Source of the DNA: a virus
Direction: 5' to 3' (one strand)
DNA: 64,000 nucleotides
IMG/VR virus record: IMGVR_UViG_3300014039_000004
Shown here: one piece after another, positions 1 to 10,300 of the stretch
Position numbering within the stretch: position 1 is the first letter of the stretch
Layout of the letters: every line of letters starts with the position of its first letter
Program-made: the position numbers and the translations under genes
Notes under the pieces: generated by a model
Databases searched by the model: none
What the model was told of the DNA's origin: nothing
The model's input: only the letters and a program-made list of their open reading frames with translations

Positions 1-1376
1 GTATTAAAAATGATACTATTAAACAAATACAACAAACTTCTAATAATACTTCTAAAAAACAAGTTACTACACAACAAGCAAAACAAGATGCTGTGAATAA
101 TAATACTTCTAAAACTTATAAAAATTTTAATGAAGCATTTGATGCAGCTATTGCTAGAGGAGATAAAACTTTTACTTTTGGTGGTTTAGAATATGCTGCT
201 AAAAAAGCTAAAGGTGATGATTCTCGTAATAGACGTTGGGGTGCTCGTAGAACAGAACAAGTAATGTCTAAATATAAGTCTTGGAAAGATTATTTAGAAA
301 GAAGTGATAAACGTAAAATGAAATATGGTGGTAGAGTTAAAGCTAAAAATGGTACATTTTGGAATGATTATGGAGGAGCAGTATATAATGCAGCAGGTTC
401 TGTAGGAGGAGGTCTTGTTAGTACTTTAGGAGGAATATTAGCAAGTAATAAAATAGGAAAAGCTTATGGTAGAGCTTATAATGTGCTGCATAATGCTTAT
501 TCTCAAATGCATGGTATTGATCCTTCTATTATTAATAGAAATGATTTTAATACAGGTCATGCAATTGCTGCTATACAATCTGCAGATACTAATGTAAGTC
601 CTGTATTAGAACGTGCTAGAAGAAATGCTTCTTATGAATCTAATACTGTTAATAGAAGCACTTTAAGTTCTGCTGCTAGACAACAAAGACTTGCTGGAAT
701 TAATGATAGAATGTTACAAAGATTTAGTGAAACTTATGCTAATAAACATAATCAAGATCAACAAATTACACAAGCTAATATGCAACGTATTCAGGAAGCA
801 TCTAATACTAATGCTCAACTTGATGCTCAAGCAATGCAAAATTATAATCAGCTTAGGTCACAAATAGCAATGTATAATAATGATATAGAAAATAATAAAA
901 TTGCAGGTATTGGTCAAGCACAAGCAGATGCTATTACAAATAGTGCAACTATTAAAGGTAATGCTTTACAACAAGGTTTAAGTGCATTAGGTAGTGGACT
1001 TGCTAGTGCAGCAGGAGGTTTTGCAAATGCTTGGCAAAGTAATAGAGAATATAAAAATTATTATAATAATATGATACTTGGCAGTAGTGATGCATCTAAA
1101 GTTCAAGCAGCTATTTATAATAATGATGAACAATTAGGTAGAATATTATGGGAACAATTTAAAAATCAATCTAATCCATTACTTAAAACTTATACTAATC
1201 AATTAGCTGCTAAATTTGGATTTAAAGATGATACAAGAAATAATTATAAAGGTAATGCTTATCTTAAAACTCCTATAGTTATAGCGGCTCATAGTAATAT
1301 TCCTAATGTAGTTAATACAGCACCTGCTCCAGCTGCTTGGTTAACAGGTGATACTCGTAGTATTTATGGTCTTTAA
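1..1376 (+). CDS. virion-module protein, 5'-truncated by window edge (function unknown)
   Basis: The frame of track ORF 93..1376 stays open back to nt 3, so the GTG at 93 is probably internal. The protein is Gly/Ala/Ser- and Gln/Asn-rich. It is the first of five co-oriented, tightly packed genes ending in the giant virion proteins. Confidence 0.6.
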   Translation, partial: IKNDTIKQIQQTSNNTSKKQVTTQQAKQDAVNNNTSKTYKNFNEAFDAAIARGDKTFTFGGLEYAAKKAKGDDSRNRRWGARRTEQVMSKYKSWKDYLERSDKRKMKYGGRVKAKNGTFWNDYGGAVYNAAGSVGGGLVSTLGGILASNKIGKAYGRAYNVLHNAYSQMHGIDPSIINRNDFNTGHAIAAIQSADTNVSPVLERARRNASYESNTVNRSTLSSAARQQRLAGINDRMLQRFSETYANKHNQDQQITQANMQRIQEASNTNAQLDAQAMQNYNQLRSQIAMYNNDIENNKIAGIGQAQADAITNSATIKGNALQQGLSALGSGLASAAGGFANAWQSNREYKNYYNNMILGSSDASKVQAAIYNNDEQLGRILWEQFKNQSNPLLKTYTNQLAAKFGFKDDTRNNYKGNAYLKTPIVIAAHSNIPNVVNTAPAPAAWLTGDTRSIYGL

Positions 1377-1388
1377 AATTATATCATT

Positions 1389-2663
1389 ATGGCTAATGAA
1401 TTTCCTAAAATGAGTCTTAAACAAGCTACTCCTTTACAGAGTAGCTTTACTCCTTTTCAATTTACTCCCAAACCTCTTGATACTACAAGTTTAGAAAGAA
1501 GTCTAGATAAAATTGAAGCTAGAGAAAAAGAAGCTATTACTACTAAAAGTAAAATAGATGCTTCTTTAGGTGAAATACAAAGTAAACTTAATAATAAAGA
1601 ACTTAAATGGTTTACTAATTATAAAGATAATATTAAAAAACAAATTCAAGAACAAATTGATGCTGGTAATTATAGTACTGCTATATTAACTGGAACTCAA
1701 CTTGCAGGTAATATCATGAATGATGCTAAAATTATCGGTAGAGAACAAGCTAATGCTAATTATCAAAAGAAACTTGAAGAAATTCAAAATGATAAAAGTT
1801 TAAGTTCTCTTACTAGAGAACGTTGGGCAGCTCAAAATCCTTATAAATATAATGACGTTTATGATGATTCAGGTAATGTTATTGGAGGTTCTGAATGGAA
1901 ACCTGCTTGGACACCTGTAAATGAACAAAAAATAGCTCAACTTCAAGCTCTTGCTGCACAACTAACTGCTGCTAGAGGTAATTCTTCTCAAACTAGTCAA
2001 GGAGGAGCTTCTTTACTTGATAAATATGGTAATGATACCACAAATTTAACAAATGCAATAGGTATGAAAACTAGTTGGAGTAAAGGAAGTAGTACGTCTA
2101 TTGAAAGTAAAACTTATAAAAGACTTAAAGAAACTTTTAATAATCTAATGAATGACCCAGAAGTCATTTCAGGTCTTAATCAACAATTTGATAGTTTTCT
2201 TTGGGCAATGAATGATAGACAAGTTAAAGCTAAAGATATGTCATTTAGTAAAGAACAAAGAGATGCTTATCAAGCTGAAGCTAATATGTATAAACAACGG
2301 TTAACTGATGAAAACGGTTATACTTATAATGAAGCAGATATTAAAAAATGGATAAATGATAAAGTTGTTCCAGGTCTTGAATCATTATCTTATACTAGAG
2401 TTAGTACTGGGTCTTCTAATAGTTATTCTTATGACCCTAATTTTTTACAAGGTAATAGAATTAGACTTACTAATGCAGATAATGCAAATGATTCAACTCC
2501 AACAGAAATTTTAGGAGTACAAGGTGCAATAATTAATGGACATTTTGAAGCAGATCCTGATCAAAATAATAGTGCTGCTAGTAGCAAAAATTGGTTAACT
2601 TTAGGACATTCTATTAACTTTGATTCTAGTCAAACAAATTATAATAATAAAATAAATCCATAA
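1389..2663 (+). CDS. hypothetical virion-module protein
   Basis: 424-aa ORF starting 12 nt after the preceding stop and co-oriented with it. No catalytic motif recognised. Confidence 0.7.
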   Translation: MANEFPKMSLKQATPLQSSFTPFQFTPKPLDTTSLERSLDKIEAREKEAITTKSKIDASLGEIQSKLNNKELKWFTNYKDNIKKQIQEQIDAGNYSTAILTGTQLAGNIMNDAKIIGREQANANYQKKLEEIQNDKSLSSLTRERWAAQNPYKYNDVYDDSGNVIGGSEWKPAWTPVNEQKIAQLQALAAQLTAARGNSSQTSQGGASLLDKYGNDTTNLTNAIGMKTSWSKGSSTSIESKTYKRLKETFNNLMNDPEVISGLNQQFDSFLWAMNDRQVKAKDMSFSKEQRDAYQAEANMYKQRLTDENGYTYNEADIKKWINDKVVPGLESLSYTRVSTGSSNSYSYDPNFLQGNRIRLTNADNANDSTPTEILGVQGAIINGHFEADPDQNNSAASSKNWLTLGHSINFDSSQTNYNNKINP

Positions 2664-4303
2664 TGAGCAATTTTAATTATGATGAATATGATAATCTTAT
2701 TAATAGTAGAGATTATCTAGGTGCAGCTAATTATATGAGTAAATTTAGAGCTAGTACTCCAGAAGACCAAATAAAAGCAAATAATCTTATTAGACAACTT
2801 AAACGAGAAGGAGAAATTAGAGCTGCACGTTTAAGTAAAATGACTGATGAGCAACGACAAGCTTATGATTTTTTTAGTGCTATGGAAGGTAAAGGTACTA
2901 TTCCTCATACAATATATGATGAAAAAACTGGTCAACCAAAAAATGGTACTAGTAATATGTATGGTGACAAATATACTTCTTATATTAATAATATTAAAAC
3001 ATCTGATGGTAAAGATATAAATACTCTTAAATTTAACATTGCTAATGATGAAACAATGAGTATATTATATAAAACACTAGGTGTTAATGATATTACTGCT
3101 AATCAAAAATATGGAATAGATATTTATAAAGATAATAAAACAGGTAAATATAGTATAGCAATAGATAAGCATAATTCAAACCTTATGACTATACTAAATG
3201 TTTTAGATGATAATCCAATAGCTAGTAATAGTTTTGTTACCGGTTTTTATAAGATAAGTCCTTATACTGTTGAAGGTTTAGATAATAAAGGTAATTCATA
3301 TAAATTATTTGCAGGTCATTTTAGTAATATAGAAAGAGCTAAAAAAATTTATAATGATGCTAAAGATGAACAAGAAGAAGTCTTAAATGCTTTAGAACCT
3401 AAAAATACTCTTTATAAAACTACAGTTAGTCCTTTTCTTGGTGCAGGTCAAGCTAATGCTTATAAACGTTATCAACGTGGTGAAATAAGTTTTAATGATT
3501 ATACTAAAATTGTTAAAGAAAGAACAGAAATTTATAATACTCTTATTAAGCAAGCTGGCTTAACACAATATGATGTATATGCTACTGAAATAGGTAATGA
3601 AGATAAAGGAGAGGTTCTTGAAAAAACTGATAATATAACTAAGAATCAATTAGAAAAAGCACTTCTTGTTGGTATGGATGAAGGTAGAGTCACATATAGT
3701 GCTGCTATTGTAGCAGGTAGAACTGGAACATATATTACTATTGCTCCTAAAGCAGATAATAAAGGAAATTATATGGAAGGAGATGCTGCTAAACCAATGA
3801 GATTATTTATTCCTGGTCTTTTTCAAAGTAGTTGTGATGAAACTTTTGAAAATGATACTAAAACTACTGCTATGAGAGATATGGCAGATATTCAAACTTA
3901 TCAATATGCTAAACAATTACATGATGGTACAGCTGTTGGATATGATGAAAGAGTAGGTTTTTATAAACAAATGGTATCAAATGGTAAACTTAATATAGTT
4001 CCTGTAGATGAAGAAGAGGTTCTTGCAAGTCTTAATAGACAAAATATTATAGATAAATCTGCAGACCAACTTATATCTAGTATAGGAGCAGACGGTAAGC
4101 CTTTAACCCGTAATGTGAATGGTGTTGAAACCCCATATGATATTTCTGCTATGGGTAAACTATTAGCTTCTGCTGGTACTCAAGAACTTTTTGATGGAAT
4201 AGCTATTGATAAAGGTACACAATTACAAGAAGAAAATAATATTTATAATGATATTATGAATATTCTTAATAATTTTTATGCTAATTATAATACTAATAAT
4301 TAA
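2663..4303 (+). CDS. hypothetical virion-module protein
   Basis: 546-aa ORF whose ATG overlaps the preceding TAA (TAATG at 2661-2665), which suggests translational coupling. No motif recognised. Confidence 0.7.
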   Translation: MSNFNYDEYDNLINSRDYLGAANYMSKFRASTPEDQIKANNLIRQLKREGEIRAARLSKMTDEQRQAYDFFSAMEGKGTIPHTIYDEKTGQPKNGTSNMYGDKYTSYINNIKTSDGKDINTLKFNIANDETMSILYKTLGVNDITANQKYGIDIYKDNKTGKYSIAIDKHNSNLMTILNVLDDNPIASNSFVTGFYKISPYTVEGLDNKGNSYKLFAGHFSNIERAKKIYNDAKDEQEEVLNALEPKNTLYKTTVSPFLGAGQANAYKRYQRGEISFNDYTKIVKERTEIYNTLIKQAGLTQYDVYATEIGNEDKGEVLEKTDNITKNQLEKALLVGMDEGRVTYSAAIVAGRTGTYITIAPKADNKGNYMEGDAAKPMRLFIPGLFQSSCDETFENDTKTTAMRDMADIQTYQYAKQLHDGTAVGYDERVGFYKQMVSNGKLNIVPVDEEEVLASLNRQNIIDKSADQLISSIGADGKPLTRNVNGVETPYDISAMGKLLASAGTQELFDGIAIDKGTQLQEENNIYNDIMNILNNFYANYNTNN

Positions 4304-4315
4304 ATAATACAAAAT

Positions 4316-7300
4316 ATGGATGTTACAGGTATATTTAATGCAGGTGGTGTAGTAGTTAAAAATCCTAATTATACTAAATCTAAAAAAAACACTCAACCAA
4401 AATATATTACAGTAACTGATTTTAGTCAACTTCCGTCAGGCAGTACAACAAGTACTGCTTTGACGGATGTCGCATATCAAGGAGCTGAGAAAAATGGAGT
4501 TATTTTAGGAGATTATAATGATTATAAAAAATATATTAATCATGGAATAACACCTAATAGTATTGACCAAGATTTAGATATTCAACTTGCTAATAGTCAA
4601 GGTTTTTGGACTAAAGCATTTAATGGTTTAGCACAAGCAGCTGTATCTGAAATAGGTCTTGGTACACTTAAAGGTTTTAGTGATATATTTGATTTAGCTG
4701 GTCAAATTACAGGTTTAAGTGATGGAGATTATACAAATCCAGTTAGTAAATATCTTGAAGATAAACAAGAAGAATTTAAAGAATTTGCTCCTGTATATGT
4801 TGACCCTAATAAAAATATTTTTAATGATGGTCTTCATGACCCAGGATGGTGGTTTAGTAATATACCTAGTATTGTAAGTACTGTTTCATTATTAGTTCCA
4901 GGTTTAGCTGCTGTTAAAGGAGTATCATTACTTAATGATGCACTTAAAGTAAGTTCTTTTACTAGAAAAGCAGTTAGAACTTTAAGTGGTGCAGAAAAAG
5001 CTATTAAAGCAGGTAAAGAACTTAATGCTGCTCAAATATTTTTGAATAGCGAAAGTACTGCTAAACAAGTAGGTATTTTCTTAGAAAATGGACTTACTGC
5101 TATGATGAGTAGAGCTGCTGAAAATTATCAAGAAGCTAGACAAACTTATAGTGATAACTATCAAGATTTTAGAGATACTATTAATAGCATGAATGATGCA
5201 GAATATAGTAAATTTATTCAAGATAATAAAAAACTTCTTGCTGATAAAGAAGCTAATCCTAATAATAAAGATGAAGTAGCTAAAGCAATAGCTTCAGCTG
5301 CTGCTGATAGAACATTTCAAATGGACTGGGCAAATGTAGTATTTGATGTAGTTCAAATGTATGGTCTTAGAAATGCTTGGAGAGGTCTTAAAAATGCACA
5401 AGATGATCCAATCAAAATAAGAAGAGCAAATAAAGATGCAGCTAAATATTTAGGTAAAAGTAAAGAAGAAATTGCCAAACTTAAAGCAGCTAGACCTACT
5501 TATAAAAAAGCTGGTGAATGGATTGGAGATAACATATATGGTAGTGGTTTAATAGCAGCTAGTGAACTTTCAGAAGGTGTAGAAGAAGCTGTAAACTATA
5601 TTGCACAACAAGAAGGTATTCATTTTGGTAATACTCTTTTAAATAAAGAAGAAGGTTCTAAAGATACTGGTTGGCTTGCTAGTATGAGTAAATATTTTGA
5701 CCCTCGTATGAAACAATATGTTCAAGCTCCTGAACTTTGGGATAGTGCTTTTTGGGGTGTATTAGGTGGTGTAGTATTTCAAAAAATAGGTAGTACATTT
5801 AATAGAATTAAACAAAAACTTAATGATGATAAATCTGAAGCTCAAGAAAAAGCTAAAGAAAAACTTCCTTGGTATAAACTTGATGAACTTCCAGAAACTA
5901 AAAGAAGATTAGCTGATATTGAAGCTCGTACTTTAGATTTTCAAAAGTATCAAAAAAATCTTGCTAAAATTAATCAAGGTATTGATGTTTATAAATCATC
6001 TGAAAATAATGAAGTTAAATTTGATACAAAAGAAGAACAAAAAGCTGCTGCTGATAAACTTAAAAATGAATATATTGCTACTATGACACTTCGTGCAATG
6101 AATAGTGGTAATCTTAATATGCTTAAAGCTTATATTAACAATGATGAATTTAGAAATGCTATTATTGAACAAGGAATTTTTGGAGATACTAAAAATAAAT
6201 CTAAAGAACAATTAAATCAAGAAGCTAAAGCTTATACAGATGATGCTTTAAGTACTATTAATAAAGTAGAACGAGCATACGATGAAGAACTTGTAGCTAT
6301 TAATACTGCTGCTGCTAATATAGGTAAAAATAAAAAAAGTAACACTATGCCTATTGAATATATGCAAATAATGGCAGTAAATAATGTAAAAAGTAGACTT
6401 GAAAAAGAAAATATTGATACTGAACTAGTTCCTGTTAATAAAAGAATTGCTGAACTTAAAACTCAATTTGCAGAACAATTAGACCCTAATATTGATTATG
6501 ACCATATTATTAAAGTTGGTATTCTTACTCATCAATTAGGTGAACTTTATGCTACTAGAAGAGAACTTACTAAAAATGATACTAAATCTTTAAGTAATCA
6601 ATTAGCTGTCAAACGTATTGATAAAAGAATTAAATCTATTGAAAATGATTTAAATGATGAAGAATTGGTATATGGTAATTTTATTGCTTTACAATATAAG
6701 TTTGATAAAGATAATAAATTAGTTCAAAGTAAAGAAGATAAAGATTTACAAGAAGCTTTTGCTTATAGAGATGCTCAAATAGTAAAAGAACTTAATGATG
6801 GTAATACATCAAAAAGTATTAATATTCCTGGTTTAGAATTTCTTAGTGAACGTAGTAGAAAAACTATAAATGAAGAAACTATAGGTAAATATAAAACTCT
6901 TGAATCTGATACTAAAACTGTATTTGATTCTATTCAAGATATAAGTCCTGAACTTAATAATCTTCTTCAAACTAAAGTTCTTCTTGAAAAACGTAAAGAT
7001 TATATTAATACTGAACTTACTAGAACTGTAAAACAAGTAGAAGAAGAAGGTAATATTCTTCATAATACTATGAATGAAGCTAGAGTTGAAGCTATTAATC
7101 AAGCTAATAAAACAATTCAAACTTTGTATAAAAAACATGGTAACGATATTAGAGAAGCTATTTATAATAGAATAAATAATAATATTACTAAACATAAAAA
7201 TTTATCTGATGAAGAAAATAATTCTTTAAATAATGCTCTTGAAGTTCTTGATTTAACTAAAAGTTATAATACCAATCTTATTGATACTATCGAATCACAA

Positions 7301-10300
7301 TTTGATATTCAAGATATGATAAAAGCACAACAAGAAGTTCAAGATGAAAGCAATAATACAGCAGATGAAAAAGGTAATGATACAACAGAAGAAGAATCTA
7401 ATACTTCTCAACCTGAACCTAATCCTAATCCTGCTACTACTCCTCAACCTGAACAAGGTGTAGGTTCTACAATAATTCAAAATCCAATTTCAGAGCCTCA
7501 ACCATCACAGCCTATCAACCAATCAACTCAACAACAAAAAATACCTACAGGTCAAAAAACAGGTCAACAGGGCAATAATCAAATAGAAGAAACCTTACCA
7601 CAAACATCAAGCATAGCAAGTGCTAGTAGAATTGAAATAGATAATAATGGTAAAGTTACATGGAATATAAATGGTAATATAGGTATTGTTACAAAAAAAG
7701 CTGAAAATGGTAATGATGTAATAATTATAAATAATGATGAAAGCAAACTAACTGATACTTTCTTTGATAATGTTGGAGAAGTAGATTTAACTAGACCAAT
7801 AAAAGTTGAAACAAATCCTTATATTGATGAAAATAATATACTTCATAAAGGTCATTTAAGCAATACTGATACTCTTGCAACTCAAACAGAAGAAAGTACT
7901 CCTCAAAATAATTCTACTCCACAAACAGCTCCACAAACTACTCCACAAGCAGCTCCACAAATTTCTTCTACGGGGGAGCCAACTACTAATCAAACAAGTT
8001 CTGCTAAAGCTCAATTACCTCAAACTAAAAATGCAGAACCTGTTCCTAATTTAAATGATTCAGAAGATGCTATTACAAATTCAGCAATACAAAGTACTAT
8101 AGTAGCATTTAAAGCTAATCATGATTTAGACTTTGATACATATACTAAAGAACTTATTGATGATTTTGTAGGTAAAGGATATGATAGAGTTGTAGTAGAA
8201 AAAGCTGTTACTCGTGGTGTTAATATTATAAAACGTACGGCTGAAAAACTTAAATCTAAAGCACCTACTACTATGCGTAGTAGTGTTGATGAATATATTA
8301 TTCAATCTTCTATAGTTGAATTATCTAATACAGAAGATTTTGGAACTGAGTTTATACAAGCTGCTAAAAATTTAATTAATCAATATTCTAAAGAAAATGG
8401 TATTAGAATTATTAATAATAAGAAGTATATTAATCTTGAAAATATGCTTCGTTATATTAATGAAACTACATCTGATAGTAATACTGCTAATTTTATCTAT
8501 TATACACTTAAAGAATATCTTAAAACTAACAAAGCTAAAGAAGAATTTATTACTATTGATGAAGATAGTATAGATAATAATGATTTTCTTAATAATGTTG
8601 CTAAATCTTCTGAAGAAAGATATAAAGAAAAATTAGAAGATATTACTATTCAAAGAGTAGATATTAATACTATTACTAAACAACTCGATGAAAATGGTAA
8701 AAAAGAATTTTATGAAGCATTAAACGAACTTCAAAAAGATGAAGAACTTCAAATCGAAATGTATGATGATAAAATTCTTCTTTATGATAGTAAAAAAAGA
8801 CTTGTAGGTAGATTACCAATTCCTTTTATTAATGCTAGTACAGGAGCTTATGAAGTATATAATGATGGTTGGAAATATGATATACTTAGTAATAATGATA
8901 AAATAGATAGTAAACTTAAAAATTTATTTCTTAAATGGATTGATGGTAAAGATAAAGCAAGTAAAGAATTAAATGATATTATTTATGAATTAGCATTTAG
9001 TAATCCTACTAAAGAACGTAAATTCGAGTTATTAGATAAATTTAGTAGTAATAGTGAAATTATTAAAGCTAAAGGACAAGGTCTTACACATAAATCTATA
9101 ACTGATGCTGAATTAGCTAATGGTTTAGTTAAACTTTGGAAATTTGTAAGTTGTTCTAGTACAAATAATAATCTTTTAAATAATATAGCACGTAAAACTA
9201 GTATTGCTTTATGGTTTAAAAAACTTAATAATAGCTATGATGCTATTACTGCTTTAAAAAATGAAGGAGCTGTAAAAATAATAGTTGCTAATATTTCTGA
9301 TGGAGAACTTATTAAAGTTCAAGATAGAGTTACAGATAGTGCTGTTCTTCCATCAGCTTCTAATGCTATTGCTGGAGGAGTTAATTCTGCTGTTCATAAA
9401 ATTGCTATTGGTGATAAATTTAATTTAGGTACTGTAAAAGTATCAGGTAATACTCCTATTAAATTTAATGGTATAGGTAGAACTAATACTTTTGTAATGT
9501 TAAGTAATAGAAGTAATAGACCTACTTTTGTACAAGCATATCCTGTTAAAGTAACCGATACTAATATGAGTGCTGAGGCTAAAGAAATTATTGCTGCAAT
9601 TAAAGGTCATATTGCAAAACTTCTTCATAATTATAGTAATGAAAGTACTGAAGATAATTATAATGCTCTTAAAGAATTTTTAGTTAATGCTTTTTCTGTT
9701 AGAAATGGTAATAATACTTTATTTAATGGTGTAATTGTTACAGTAAATAGTAAATTAGAAAATGAAAGTATAAGTATTGGTATTCCTAATACAAGTTTTG
9801 TATTTCAATTTTATAAGAATAATAAATTTGGAAATCCTTCTTCTTTAGTTAAAATTAAAAAAGATGGTAATTGGGTAAAAGTTCCTTTTAATAGTGAAGA
9901 TTCTATTAATTATATAAATGATATAATTGACAAACTTGTATTTAAATTTAATTTTGGTTATATAGAAGCAGATAATGTTTCTGATATGACTCTTAAAGGT
10001 ATTGCTAAAAGACATAAAGGTAAATTTGAAATTACTGTTGGTGATAAAACTTGGAGTTATAATAGTTTTAATGAATTCATTCTTAATAATAATCTAGTTA
10101 GACTTAATACTAAACCATCAGAAGATGGTAAAAGTAATTTTAAACCTAGAGGTGAAAATCAAAAAGCTAATCAAGTATTTGAAATTAAAATTGAAAAACA
10201 GACTAGCTCCCCTGTAGAAGAATCTACACAATCTAATTCTACTAAACCTGTTAATCAACCAACACAAGTTACTAAATCTATTAATGAACAAGTTAGTGAT

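Noticed and set aside
7380-8040. The Pro/Thr/Gln repeats (for example TAPQTTPQAAPQ) as the variable region of a diversity-generating retroelement.
   Set aside because: There is no reverse transcriptase and no template-repeat copy in the window. The repeats look like ordinary disordered linkers.
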